A stretch of 64,000 bases of DNA from Candidatus Omnitrophota bacterium (GTDB lineage: Bacteria > Omnitrophota > Gorgyraeia > Zapsychrales > JAHFFX01). The translations under genes and the position numbers were made by a program. Positions 48,718 through 58,420 of the stretch are shown piece after piece (within the stretch, counting starts at the first letter, position 1; each line of letters starts with the position of its first letter). A model generated the notes under the pieces. The model did no database searches. It had not been told where the DNA came from and saw only the letters and a program-made list of their open reading frames with translations. The stretch is from NCBI GenBank assembly GCA_023247705.1, contig JAHFFY010000008.1:664-64663 (forward strand), given 5' to 3'.

Positions 48718-49434
48718 CTATTGATTCTTCCTCGGATGGACCGGCTTCGCGGCACATTTTTGTTGAAAACTTTTATAAAGTTCCATTTTCCAGACATGCT
48801 TCTCTTGTTTTAAAAGCTCGTAACTCTCCCGCGTCAGGTCAGCCACAAAATAGGTATCGTAATCGCCCCAGTTGTTCACTTCGTAATTTCTTATGCCGGA
48901 ACCCAGCGGCTTGATGATCCGGTCGAGCGCGAACTGCCGCATTTGGGCTTGCCAGGCTGGCAGGTCTGGATTGGCAGAACCTTCTCGAATCTTGCAGATC
49001 ACCATAATCTTGGAATAGGGATGGTTCTGAAATTCTTCCCCAATTTCTTTGTCTCTCGCCGTCATTTCATCCAGAACGGCTTGACGTTCCCGGTGGACCT
49101 TCGCTTTTAAATCTGCGGCCTTTTGAAAACCCCAGACCAAAGGAACCGCCAAAACCAGCAGCGCCGGAAAAATGATTTTTTCACTCCCCCATCTTAACCG
49201 GCGCAGAGTCAGGGGAACGAGAAAATAGGAAATAATCGCGCCCAAAAGAATCAGCGCCGGTCCCACGATCATGCCGAAAAACATTCCCAGTCCGGTGTAA
49301 TCACAATCCACCGAACCACACGCCGAGACCTGGATTAAAATCGCGATTCCCGATCCGAACAAAAAAATACCGAATAATGCGCCGATGAGACAGCAATAGC
49401 CGAAAATTCGATCTGCGGGTGAAGTCGTGTTCAT
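48718..49434 (-). CDS. Hypothetical membrane protein (238 aa)
   Basis: Three N-terminal TM helices, then a soluble domain. Confidence 0.5.
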   Translation of the reverse strand: MNTTSPADRIFGYCCLIGALFGIFLFGSGIAILIQVSACGSVDCDYTGLGMFFGMIVGPALILLGAIISYFLVPLTLRRLRWGSEKIIFPALLVLAVPLVWGFQKAADLKAKVHRERQAVLDEMTARDKEIGEEFQNHPYSKIMVICKIREGSANPDLPAWQAQMRQFALDRIIKPLGSGIRNYEVNNWGDYDTYFVADLTRESYELLKQEKHVWKMELYKSFQQKCAAKPVHPRKNQ

Positions 49435-49472
49435 AAAGGATTATATTGTTTTTTTGATGAAAAAAAACTTTT

Positions 49473-49706
49473 TTAATAATTAAAAAAATCTTTCAGCGTA
49501 AAAGTCTCGGTGGGCTTAAGCGTTTGAAACGCCTCCAGGATTTTGGACTGCGCATTTGCCGTCAACCGCCGGCCCTTGCGTCCTTTCTGGACCATCTTGA
49601 AGGTCAACTGCTTAGTCGAGGCCTTCACCAAATCCGCGCTGGTCACCCCCAGGCGGGTCATGAGCGTATCTAAAGGTTGGGGGCCGAAGTCGGATTGCAT
49701 GAGCAA
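49473..49706 (-). CDS. Small hypothetical protein, possibly DNA-binding (HTH-like LMTRLGVTSADLVKAS)
   Basis: 77 aa; basic; lies in the AT-rich islet. Confidence 0.35.
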   Translation of the reverse strand: MLMQSDFGPQPLDTLMTRLGVTSADLVKASTKQLTFKMVQKGRKGRRLTANAQSKILEAFQTLKPTETFTLKDFFNY

Positions 49707-49771
49707 GATCTCTATTACTAGGAACAGAGACTAATTTCCTTTTGAAAAATGGTGTCCTTATTTAATTTCCC

Positions 49772-50938
49772 CTAATTAATAGTAGAGTATACCAGCCCCT
49801 CACAATAACTAATTTTTAATTCCTCATCGTTCAAATTTCTTAAACTCTCAAAATCTGCTCGGTCTTTTACAAATTCAACAATTCGTTCACGGGGCGTATT
49901 TTTGTAGCTTTCATAAAAGAAATCAAACAAATCAATAAGGTCTTTTGCTTTCCGTCCTTGCCGGAGAGGAACGCCCAAAAATGTATCCGGTTGCCTGCGG
50001 TAGGCAATTAATTCTTCATCGGTCATTGGATTTGTGCAATGCACCCGTTCCCCCGTTACAGTACGATATACTCCCCATATTTTCTTTTCATGCCCCGACA
50101 CTGTGGCCGTTTCTAAAATCGCCTCTACGTTTTGACCTTCCTTATCAGGAATCAAATATTTTTGTCCAATAATTAGCCGTGGTGGCATATCTTTACCGGC
50201 AAAAGCGAATTCAGGATATTCTCCGTCAAACGTTGATGGAATTTCTTCATGCTCACATACTGATCTAACCAAATCAAACATATCAATATGTTTTTCCCGT
50301 GCCTTCAATGCTTCACGCAAACTTGTAAACTGAAAATCGAGACTGAATTCTGGAATCTTAAAGCCATGTGCAAATCCAGCCTTATGCTCAGAAATTCCCT
50401 CTAAATCATATTCAAAAGGATGATTGGTAACAAAAAGATATGCCTTCTGATCTTCTTTCCATGAAGATTCCTTCTGTTTAATCCCTGCAACAATATCCGG
50501 CATTTTTCTCAAAAAATCAGGAACGTTGATATCCACAAAAACGATTCTTTCATGTTTCGCTTGTTTAATTAAAGCATCCCCTATTTGCTTACTAATCCCT
50601 ATATTGTCTTTATGGGGCTGTCGTACTTTTGCCTCTATAGAATATTTTCTACCAGTTTTGGGAGATACCGCTGTAAATTCACAATGAGTAGTCCGGCTAT
50701 CTTCTTCGTTTTCTATCTCCAAACTAAAACCAGCTTTAATAAATTCGGTGGCAACGTATGTTTCATACTGCGCACCGCGAAAATTATTTTTATCTTTCAG
50801 TCTTCCTAATAAACGATCCTGAATCTTTACGTTATGCCCCAAAAGATACAAATTATAGGAAAGATTCATGATCGCAGAAACAGCACCAGACATCGGCGCA
50901 TCATTTATAGACCCATCAACGCTTTGATGCTGTTGCAT
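49772..50938 (-). CDS. Hypothetical protein (388 aa); in the same frame as the upstream SEC-C ORF across a single TAG
   Basis: AT-rich; an open 25-codon in-frame bridge (GQGEFAKPFEDRHPLIQWNEQAHKY) links it to 51014-51319. Confidence 0.5.
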   Translation of the reverse strand: MQQHQSVDGSINDAPMSGAVSAIMNLSYNLYLLGHNVKIQDRLLGRLKDKNNFRGAQYETYVATEFIKAGFSLEIENEEDSRTTHCEFTAVSPKTGRKYSIEAKVRQPHKDNIGISKQIGDALIKQAKHERIVFVDINVPDFLRKMPDIVAGIKQKESSWKEDQKAYLFVTNHPFEYDLEGISEHKAGFAHGFKIPEFSLDFQFTSLREALKAREKHIDMFDLVRSVCEHEEIPSTFDGEYPEFAFAGKDMPPRLIIGQKYLIPDKEGQNVEAILETATVSGHEKKIWGVYRTVTGERVHCTNPMTDEELIAYRRQPDTFLGVPLRQGRKAKDLIDLFDFFYESYKNTPRERIVEFVKDRADFESLRNLNDEELKISYCEGLVYSTIN

Positions 50939-51013
50939 GTATTTATGCGCTTGTTCATTCCATTGAATCAGCGGATGCCGATCTTCAAACGGCTTGGCAA
51001 ATTCTCCTTGTCC

Positions 51014-51319
51014 CTAATCTTTTCCAAAGACTGAGCGAATATATTCAAACAAAAAATCATGAAACGTCTTCCATTTCTGTGAATAATACATCCTGTTACC
51101 AACAGCAACCATGCGATAGCCCTTAAACTCAAGCGATATTATTGACCTGCCTAACCCTTGTTGTTTTTCTACCTGCATTTGTTTTGCTTTTTGTCGTTCA
51201 AATTGCAAACGAACATCGTCGGGAATCATATCAGATTTACCGTAACAGCATTTTTTATACTTTTTCCCACTACCGCAAGAACAGGGGTCATTTCTTCCAA
51301 CTTTTTTCATTGGTCTCAA
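51014..51319 (-). CDS. SEC-C motif domain protein
   Basis: 101 aa; [18 protein letters not shown] is the SEC-C metal-binding motif. Confidence 0.55.
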   Translation of the reverse strand: MRPMKKVGRNDPCSCGSGKKYKKCCYGKSDMIPDDVRLQFERQKAKQMQVEKQQGLGRSIISLEFKGYRMVAVGNRMYYSQKWKTFHDFLFEYIRSVFGKD

Positions 51320-51475
51320 TTCTCACTAAACGCCTGAAGAATTCCAAGAACGCATATCGAATTCACAATAATAAGTCGGGACATGTCCGATCTATTATGA
51401 TCTTCTTTCCCAATTCAACGGAAGTCCAGCCATTGCGTTAGGTCTTCTCTTCGCCCAAAAGTCTTTACCGGTCGA

Positions 51476-51880
51476 CTAAAACACCCGGGAGACTGTGGTC
51501 ATGTGTCCGGATGAATTTTCGGCCATGGCCGAAAATCTGACCTGCGCGGTTCGAATTTTCATACCGCGATCAGAACGGACACGATAACCAACAGCCAGTA
51601 TCATATCAAGATTATAAAAATCAACATTCCTAGAAACCTGTCTTGAACCCTCAGTTTGAACTATTAGGAATTTCCGAATAGTTGCCGTACCTTTAAGCTC
51701 GCCTTCATCGATAATATTCTTAATATGCTCATTAACAGTCGGCACAGAAACTTGAAATAACTCGGCTATCATTTTCTGGGTAAGCCATGCCGTTTCGTTT
51801 TCAAGACGCACTTCCAGCTTTATTTTTCCATCCTCAGTTTGATAAAGAATCATTCCTGATGTTCCGGTTGCTTCATTCAT
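51476..51880 (-). CDS. RhuM-family (Virulence_RhuM) protein, C-terminally truncated fragment
   Basis: MILYQTEDGKIKLEVRLENETAWLTQKMIAELFQVSVPTVNEHIKNIIDEGEL...FYNLDMILAVGYRVRSDRG matches the RhuM N-terminus; full-length RhuM is ~330 aa but this ORF stops at 134 aa. Confidence 0.55.
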   Translation of the reverse strand: MNEATGTSGMILYQTEDGKIKLEVRLENETAWLTQKMIAELFQVSVPTVNEHIKNIIDEGELKGTATIRKFLIVQTEGSRQVSRNVDFYNLDMILAVGYRVRSDRGMKIRTAQVRFSAMAENSSGHMTTVSRVF

Positions 51881-51944
51881 CGATAAAACCTCCCGACATG
51901 AACCTGAAATTTATTCTAAAAAAATCTCCCGGGCAAACGAAAGA

Positions 51945-52694
51945 CTATCCTTTTTTTCCTGAGCCGGCTTTCAATTCCTTCTGGGCCGTTTCCAGCCACT
52001 GTTTATGTTCTTGACGGTAAAACGGCGGTGAGATTTTACAATTTTTAATGATGGCGGCGAATATTTTTTGGGCCTCATCCGTTCTTCCCAGACTTTTGAG
52101 AAACAGGGCGTGGCGGCAGCGGGCCTCTTCCCCGACATAAGACTGGCTCAAGGTTTCGTACTCCTTGAGAGCGGCTTCCTTCTCTCCCAATTTTTGTAAA
52201 ACCACCGCGTACAAAAGATGGTCTTCCTGGCGGCTGAATTTTTGCGGGGCGCGGTCCAGGCTCAAAAGGGTCTCTTTGGATTTAAGGTAATCCTCCTGGC
52301 AAAAAAAAGACTGGGCCATTAAACTCAACACCTCCGGGTCATCGCCATGCCAGCCGTCCCGGCACACTTTCAGCGTTTCGGTGGCCTGGGGATACTGCCG
52401 GCAATCCATATAGGCGCGGGCCAGGGCGAGACGGTTTTTTACGGAATCGCACAGGTCGAGTTCTTCTTTGAGTTGGGTGATCTTGTGGCTGGGGACCACG
52501 ACCCCCTGCACGGCGGTCGTAAGATCGTCTACAGTGCCGCGCAGGTCCGGCAAGACCTCCACGATCAAATACACCGCACAGCCCACAAAAGAAAAAACCA
52601 GGATGATCCACAGCCATTGACTCCGTCCGGTTTTGTAAGCGTGCACCGCGCAGACAATTTGTAAAAGGATGGAGATCGAGAGAGGAAGATACAT
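51945..52694 (-). CDS. Membrane-anchored PLDc_N-like + TPR protein
   Basis: 249 aa; ILLQIVCAVHAYKTGRSQWLWIILVFSFVGCAVYLIV (PLD-nuclease N-terminal-type TM hairpin) followed by TPR-like helices. Confidence 0.55.
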   Translation of the reverse strand: MYLPLSISILLQIVCAVHAYKTGRSQWLWIILVFSFVGCAVYLIVEVLPDLRGTVDDLTTAVQGVVVPSHKITQLKEELDLCDSVKNRLALARAYMDCRQYPQATETLKVCRDGWHGDDPEVLSLMAQSFFCQEDYLKSKETLLSLDRAPQKFSRQEDHLLYAVVLQKLGEKEAALKEYETLSQSYVGEEARCRHALFLKSLGRTDEAQKIFAAIIKNCKISPPFYRQEHKQWLETAQKELKAGSGKKG

Positions 52695-52978
52695 GATATT
52701 ATTGGGGGTAGTTCATTTTATTTTTAAAAACGGGGGTCAAGTTGATCTTCTAAACAATACGAAACTTTTGTCACGTTACCACACTTCCCCGGTCCAGTCA
52801 AGAAACCGTCAACTTCTATTGGAAAAACCTCCTCAACACCCGGTGTTGAGGAGGTCCATCTGCCCAAATGATCTGTTGACTTTTAAACATTTTTGGCTAT
52901 AATTTCTTCATTCCTCATCAGCAAATTTTATCCCACTCCATAACAATAATGGGATGTGATCTTTAGATAAAAACTTAT

Positions 52979-53051
52979 TCCCCTGTAGCTCAGTCGGTAG
53001 AGCGGTTGGCTGTTAACCAATAGGTCCGAGGTTCGAGCCCTCGCGGGGGAG
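52979..53051 (+). tRNA. tRNA-Asn (anticodon GUU)
   Basis: Cloverleaf by hand: acceptor TCCCCTG/CGGGGGA, D-arm GCTC-AGTCGGTA-GAGC, anticodon arm GTTGG-CTGTTAA-CCAAT, variable AGGTC, T-arm CGAGG-TTCGAGC-CCTCG, discriminator G; CCA not encoded. Confidence 0.9.
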
Positions 53052-53065
53052 TTTTTCAGGACACA

Positions 53066-53106
53066 AAAGCCCTTCGGCTATATCGTTGAAGGGCTTTCTT
53101 TCTGTT
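53066..53106 (+). terminator. Rho-independent terminator after tRNA-Asn
   Basis: AAAGCCCTTCGGCTATATCGTTGAAGGGCTTT followed by CTTTCTGTT. Confidence 0.6.
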
Positions 53107-53151
53107 GGGTAAAAGAGTCACGTCATTTATGAGCTTACCCCCATTAAGCAA

Positions 53152-54129
53152 GTGACATCGGTTAAACAAAGCGCGGCCGAGTACCATAGGTTAATTGTAC
53201 GAATCGGAGGTAAAGTGAACATGTCGCTGAAAGCTATTATTAAAAAAATGATGCATAGTCCGACACTCAACCCATTTATTAGAGGGGGTATAAAGTTATT
53301 TCGTTCAGAGAAACTAAATGATTTTTTGATGTACCGAGTGCCCATTTTGGGGAAGTTCTCATTAAAAGTGACGAATAGCAAAAAATTGATTCTTAAATCC
53401 AGCGGGAATGACGCCATAGCTATAAAGCTCTATTGGAAAGGAATGGACGGGTTTGAACCAGAGACATTTCCTCTTTTTCGAAGCCTTTTGAAGCATTCAA
53501 AAACTTTTTTTGATATCGGGGCAAATATCGGAATTTATTCGTTGGTCGCAGCCGTTGAAAACCCTCAAATACAAGTCCATGCCTTTGAACCATCCCCCTT
53601 GCCGTTAAAAAGCTTTAAGGAAAATCTGAATCTGAATAATCTAAAAAATATAAAGATCCACTCGACCGCAATTACGAATTATGACGGAGAAATAAAACTA
53701 TTTATCCCAGCCTCACGCAGTATCCCGACATCTTCCTCAACTCGTCATGGTTTTAGAGAAAATTGCAAGGAAATTACTGTCCCGGCCGGAAAATTAGACT
53801 CTTTTGTTGAGAATAATAATATTGGGAATCTGGATTTAATTAAAATTGATACGGAAGGAACCGAGCATCTTGTTTTTGGGGGAGCAAGTAATGTTCTGGC
53901 GAACCATAGACCAATTATAATTTGTGAGGTCTTGAAGGGCCTAACGGAAACCCCGCTTCAAGCTGTTTTCGATAAGAATGAATACCGCTCTGTTTGGATT
54001 TCCGGTGAAGGATTAATTGAGAAAAGCATTGAAGGTGATCCCTTCTATGAATTTAATAATTTTTTGTTTATTCCAAAAGAAAGATTTAATTTTTTCAAGA
54101 ATATCAATCGCATGACAAATTATTCATGA
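53152..54129 (+). CDS. FkbM-family methyltransferase, AT-rich
   Basis: 325 aa; FDIGANIGIYSLVAAV...VHAFEPSP is the FkbM SAM-binding region. Lies on the 3' side of tRNA-Asn; the true start may be internal (MSLKAII). Confidence 0.7.
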   Translation: MTSVKQSAAEYHRLIVRIGGKVNMSLKAIIKKMMHSPTLNPFIRGGIKLFRSEKLNDFLMYRVPILGKFSLKVTNSKKLILKSSGNDAIAIKLYWKGMDGFEPETFPLFRSLLKHSKTFFDIGANIGIYSLVAAVENPQIQVHAFEPSPLPLKSFKENLNLNNLKNIKIHSTAITNYDGEIKLFIPASRSIPTSSSTRHGFRENCKEITVPAGKLDSFVENNNIGNLDLIKIDTEGTEHLVFGGASNVLANHRPIIICEVLKGLTETPLQAVFDKNEYRSVWISGEGLIEKSIEGDPFYEFNNFLFIPKERFNFFKNINRMTNYS

Positions 54130-54375
54130 TCAAGACGTCATCACGAAAACTTAAATAAAGCCAGTTGCAAAACTCGTCCACAATATCCAATTATTGCATG
54201 GGTTTCACTTGCGATGGACTGATCCAGATATTGATCTACATCTCGGCTCACTTAAAAATATCGAAAAATACTGTTTAGTTTACGTCTAACACTTGTCAGT
54301 TTTGTTCAAAAAAGACATCCTGATTAAAGCGGCATGCCTTTTTTAATTGATCGGCTTCGAAACGAAAACTCTTTC

Positions 54376-54975
54376 CTACTCAATCGGCCGGCGCGAGGCG
54401 AGTGACATGCTGAGAGTGGACATGTCCGCGTACTCCAGCGAACTGCCAACCGGAATGCCCAGCCCAATGCGGCTGACTTTGACCCCTGAGAGTTTCAGCT
54501 CGCGGGTCAGGTACAGGGCAGTGGTTTCTCCTTCGGTGTCGGGGTCGGTGGCGATGACGATTTCCTTGATCTGGTCGCCGTTCACCCGCTTCATCAAATG
54601 CTGGATCTTCAGGTCATCCGGCCCTTTTCCGTCCGCCGGGGAAATCACTCCCAAGAGCACATGATAAACGCCGTGATACGTCCCGGTGCGCTCAATTGCC
54701 AGAACATCCTTGGGATCTTCGACGACACAAATTGTGGTTTGATCCCGTGTCTGGTCGGTGCACACCAGACACGCCTCGGTCTCACTTAAATTATTGCAGG
54801 TCCGACAAAACATCAACCCTTCCCTCACCCGCACGATCGCCTGCGCGATTGCGCCGGCCTCTTCTTTGGGATTGTTCAAAAACCAAAATACCATACGCTC
54901 AGCACTCCTGCGCCCGACGCCGGGAAGCTTGACTAATTGTTCGATTAAATTTTCGATGATTTTAGGATAGCTCAT
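54376..54975 (-). CDS. recR: Recombination protein RecR
   Basis: 199 aa; HhH LPGVGRRSAERM; C4 zinc finger CRTCNNLSETEACLVC; Toprim TICVVEDPKDVLAIERTG. Confidence 0.95.
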   Translation of the reverse strand: MSYPKIIENLIEQLVKLPGVGRRSAERMVFWFLNNPKEEAGAIAQAIVRVREGLMFCRTCNNLSETEACLVCTDQTRDQTTICVVEDPKDVLAIERTGTYHGVYHVLLGVISPADGKGPDDLKIQHLMKRVNGDQIKEIVIATDPDTEGETTALYLTRELKLSGVKVSRIGLGIPVGSSLEYADMSTLSMSLASRRPIE

Positions 54976-55182
54976 AACTCAGAACATAACCGTCCCTCTT
55001 AGCGAAAAAAAATATTTAAAAAAATTTCGTCATGGCAAACCATCCTCACTTCATCGTTCGGGTGAATCTATTCCATAATATTTTGTTCTATCATTTCCAT
55101 TTATAGGAAATGTCGGACAAATTTCGTTCGTCAGAGATTGCTTCGTCCTCAAGATCAAACAACGATGGCCGCAATGACAAAT

Positions 55183-56871
55183 TTATTCATTATGCCATTT
55201 ATTGACAATCTTCCCTTTAAATGTCTCCAGCGCACTCTTGACGATGGGCCCGTGCTCCTGTCCCGGCGGCGCTGCGGCCGCTGCCCCAGCGAGGAATTTC
55301 ATCTGAACGCTGATGCGCGTTTTTAATTTTTCATAAAAAACCCTCTCAATCAAACGCAACGTCGCTGTTTCTTCCAATGATTCCTTCTGAAACACCGCGT
55401 CTTTGGGAAAACCGACGGTCAGGGTTGTTCCATTGAATTGAACCGGAGAACCTTCCTGCAGATAGGTCGCAACCGACATCGTTTCCCGGCTGACCGCGTG
55501 GGTCAGCGCGCTCCATCCGCGCTTGATGCGCTCCAAATCCAGCGGCTCGCCAGGCTCTTGTTCTAATAAAATCTCCTGGCCCGCGGAAGGTTCGGGGCGG
55601 TACGTTGATTCCAGGGCCAGGTCGACCTCGCCTTTTTCATTGCGGATCATGCTTGGTTGAGCGCCGATGGGTTTCGGCGCGGGGGTCAGCGGGGCTTTCG
55701 TCACGGGTGCTTGCGGCCAGGACGCCGCGGAGGTCTGCGCGGACTTCGGCGCGGCAGTTTCCGTCCCAACGCCCTTTTTTTGCGACGTGTACGTCAGTTT
55801 GGCAAACGCGATCTCAAGCGGCATCCGCAGCGATTCCATGACCCGGGCCATGTCCTGCGCTTCGATCAGCATCGCGATCGCGTTTAAAATTTCGCTTAAT
55901 GAAAATTTTTCCGACTGAGTCAGGAGCGCTTCTTTGGTGCTGATCGGATAATCAACGAGTTTGCCGAGTGTCTTCCCACCGACTTTCATCACCATCAAAT
56001 GCCTGAAATGTTCGGTCACATCCCGGCTCAACTGTTTGACGTCTTTGCCCTGATCAATGATTTTTTCAAACACCGTCAACGCCGCCGCGCAATCCTTGCG
56101 GGCCAGGCAGTCCACCAACTCAAACAACCATTCCGTTTCAACCAATCCCAGCATCGAAAAGACATCTTTCGCCTCAATCGACCGTTCGCTCAAAGCGCTC
56201 ATCTGATCGAGAATGCTCAGCGCGTCGCGGAAACTTCCCTGGGCCGCCTTCGCGATCGCGAACAAGGCGTCCTGTTCGATCTGAACGCTTTCGCGTTTGG
56301 CCAGATCATCGAGCAGCTTGACGATCGTGGGGATCGCCACCCGTTTGAAATCGAAACGCTGGCAGCGGGAGATGATCGTCGATGGAACTTTGTTGGGAGA
56401 GGTCGTGGCAAAAATAAATTTGGCGTGCTCGGGCGGCTCTTCCAAAGTTTTCAGTAACGCGTTGAAGGCCTCCATGGTCAGCATGTGAACTTCATCAACG
56501 ATATAAATTTTATAACGACCGTAACTGGGCGCGAACTTGACGTTCTCGCGCAAGGTACGGATCTCATCGATGCCGCGGTTGGACGCGCCGTCGATCTCGA
56601 TCACATCGAAACTGTTCGCCTGGGTAATCTCGCGGCAGGACGGGCACTGGTTGCAGGGTTCCAAAGTCGGCCCCTCCTGGCAATTCAAGGATTTGGCAAA
56701 AATCCTGGCGCAGGATGTTTTACCAACGCCGCGCGGCCCGCAAAACAAATACGCATGCGCGATCCGGTTGGAGGTGATCGCGCTGCCCAAAATTTCGGTG
56801 ATATGTTCCTGTCCGATGACATCGGCGAATTTTTGCGGACGGTATTTTCGGGCTAAGACGATATAGGACAT
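55183..56871 (-). CDS. dnaX: DNA polymerase III subunits gamma/tau
   Basis: 562 aa; Walker A GPRGVGKTS; zinc module CNQCPSCREI; Pro-rich tau linker. Confidence 0.95.
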   Translation of the reverse strand: MSYIVLARKYRPQKFADVIGQEHITEILGSAITSNRIAHAYLFCGPRGVGKTSCARIFAKSLNCQEGPTLEPCNQCPSCREITQANSFDVIEIDGASNRGIDEIRTLRENVKFAPSYGRYKIYIVDEVHMLTMEAFNALLKTLEEPPEHAKFIFATTSPNKVPSTIISRCQRFDFKRVAIPTIVKLLDDLAKRESVQIEQDALFAIAKAAQGSFRDALSILDQMSALSERSIEAKDVFSMLGLVETEWLFELVDCLARKDCAAALTVFEKIIDQGKDVKQLSRDVTEHFRHLMVMKVGGKTLGKLVDYPISTKEALLTQSEKFSLSEILNAIAMLIEAQDMARVMESLRMPLEIAFAKLTYTSQKKGVGTETAAPKSAQTSAASWPQAPVTKAPLTPAPKPIGAQPSMIRNEKGEVDLALESTYRPEPSAGQEILLEQEPGEPLDLERIKRGWSALTHAVSRETMSVATYLQEGSPVQFNGTTLTVGFPKDAVFQKESLEETATLRLIERVFYEKLKTRISVQMKFLAGAAAAAPPGQEHGPIVKSALETFKGKIVNKWHNE

Positions 56872-57107
56872 AATTTTAGTTTAAGAATAGTCTTGAGTTC
56901 TCAACAGAAGATATTCTAACATAGCAATGGGGTTTTGAGCGGAGAAAAAAATAATAGTACGATTATTCAAACCCGGATTTCAGAATTCGAAAACCCTCCC
57001 CCCTTCGTCATTACGAGTCATCGTTGATGAAGTGTGAGGACGAAGCAATGACGCGGGGCAGACGGATTTCGGACTTCGGATTTTATATTCAAATCTACCA
57101 CCCCTTC

Positions 57108-57404
57108 TCACAAAAACTGTATCTGCGAATCGCTGATCTCCACATCCGGACACGACGCGACGAGCTCCGTAATGCTTTGCAGACACGCATCGATATGCCG
57201 GTTATCATCCCCGATCATCACGATCCCCAGTGTGGCCAGCTGCCATTTGTCTTTTTCATCCAGTTCGCTCAAAGAAACATTAAACCGTTTGCGGATGCGG
57301 TCTTTAATGCTGCGCAGGACCATCCGTTTGTCCTTGAGCGATTGCGCCGATGGAATACGCAAGACGAGATATAAAACGGCGATATGGACTGTGAAGTCTT
57401 TCAT
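57108..57404 (-). CDS. DUF503 (YlxP-like) protein
   Basis: 98 aa; AQSLKDKRMVLRSIKDRIRKRFNVSLSELDEKDKWQLATLGIVMIGDD pattern. Confidence 0.65.
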   Translation of the reverse strand: MKDFTVHIAVLYLVLRIPSAQSLKDKRMVLRSIKDRIRKRFNVSLSELDEKDKWQLATLGIVMIGDDNRHIDACLQSITELVASCPDVEISDSQIQFL

Positions 57405-57407
57405 TGT

Positions 57408-57504
57408 TTATTGAGCTTTTCCTTTCCAACTCTAAATCTCTCGCTGGCGATACCGACATGGACGAAAGATTTAGAGTTTCGTTGAGTAGAAAGAAGCTTA
57501 CTAA
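57408..57504. repeat. Palindromic element family A copy 2 (97 bp)
   Basis: TTATTGAGCTTTTCCTTTCCAACTCTAAATCTCTC-GCTGGCGATACCGACATGGAC-GAAAGATTTAGAGTTTCGTTGAGTAGAAAGAAGCTTACTAA. It abuts the DUF503 start codon and contains the yfcH-like stop codon (57501-57503). Confidence 0.6.
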
Positions 57505-58418
57505 GATTTAAAATAGGTTGCCAATGTCTTTGCCAAATCAGGATACACAAAACGATAATCGCTTTGTTTTAACCGCGCGGGAATGACCGCGGCGCTGTCT
57601 AAAAGAAGCTTTTGGCCCATTTCACCGAACAGGATCTTCACTCCGATCGCGGGAACTGGAAATACCGTCGGGCGGCGCAATACCCGTCCTAGAACCGCGG
57701 TGAATTCTTTGTTTGAAACCGGCTGCGGCGCCACCACATTGACCGGCCCGCGCAACGATTCTTCTTTGATGCAATGCACAATGACATTCGGGATTTCATC
57801 GATCGCCACCCAGCTCATCATCTGCTGACCCGACCCCAAACAACCGCCCAATCCCAATCGAAAAATCGGCAGCATCTTGGCCATCGCGCCGCCTCGTGGA
57901 CTGATAATCATTCCCATCCGCATATGAATAACCCTAATGCCTTTTCTAAGCGCCGGTTCAGCAGCCCCTTCCCAGTCGCGGCAGACTTTCGCCAGAAATC
58001 CTTCACCGGCGGGCTTGGCCTCATCCAACCGTTCGTCAACAGGACGGTTGCCGTAAAACCCGACCGCCGACGCGCAGACTAACACCATTGGAGATTGCTT
58101 GAGGCGATTAAGTGTCTCGCACAACAATTGTGTTCCCGCGACACGGCTATCATAAATTTCTTTTTTATACGCGCTTGACCAGCGTTTCGCCGCGATATTC
58201 GCGCCGGCCAGATGGATCACGACCTCATGGCCTTCCAGACCGTTCGTGTCGATTGTTCCCTTCTTGATATTCCAGAAAACACAATCCGCGGCCTTTACAT
58301 TCGCCGAAGATCCCTCGTGCACCACACGGGTCACCCGGTGGCCTTCGCTTTGAAAAAAATTGATCAGCGTTGCCCCGACCATTCCGCTCGCGCCCGTGAC
58401 CGCGATCCGCAAGGACAT
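57501..58418 (-). CDS. TIGR01777/YfcH-family NAD-dependent epimerase/dehydratase (SDR39U1) with DUF1731 C-terminus
   Basis: 305 aa; IAVTGASGMVGATLINFF Rossmann; C-terminal LGEMGQKLLLDSAAVIPARLKQSDYRFVYPDL. Confidence 0.85.
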   Translation of the reverse strand: MSLRIAVTGASGMVGATLINFFQSEGHRVTRVVHEGSSANVKAADCVFWNIKKGTIDTNGLEGHEVVIHLAGANIAAKRWSSAYKKEIYDSRVAGTQLLCETLNRLKQSPMVLVCASAVGFYGNRPVDERLDEAKPAGEGFLAKVCRDWEGAAEPALRKGIRVIHMRMGMIISPRGGAMAKMLPIFRLGLGGCLGSGQQMMSWVAIDEIPNVIVHCIKEESLRGPVNVVAPQPVSNKEFTAVLGRVLRRPTVFPVPAIGVKILFGEMGQKLLLDSAAVIPARLKQSDYRFVYPDLAKTLATYFKS

Positions 58419-58420
58419 CT

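Noticed and set aside
54976-55182. Expected ybaB/ebfC gene between dnaX and recR
   Set aside because: No ORF of suitable size or composition in the 207-bp spacer on either strand; apparently absent here.
56872-57107. Searched for SRP (4.5S) RNA upstream of dnaX, a common location
   Set aside because: Only a 7-bp CGTCATT/AATGACG hairpin is present; no domain-IV GGAAGCAGC or AGGUCAGG consensus on either strand.
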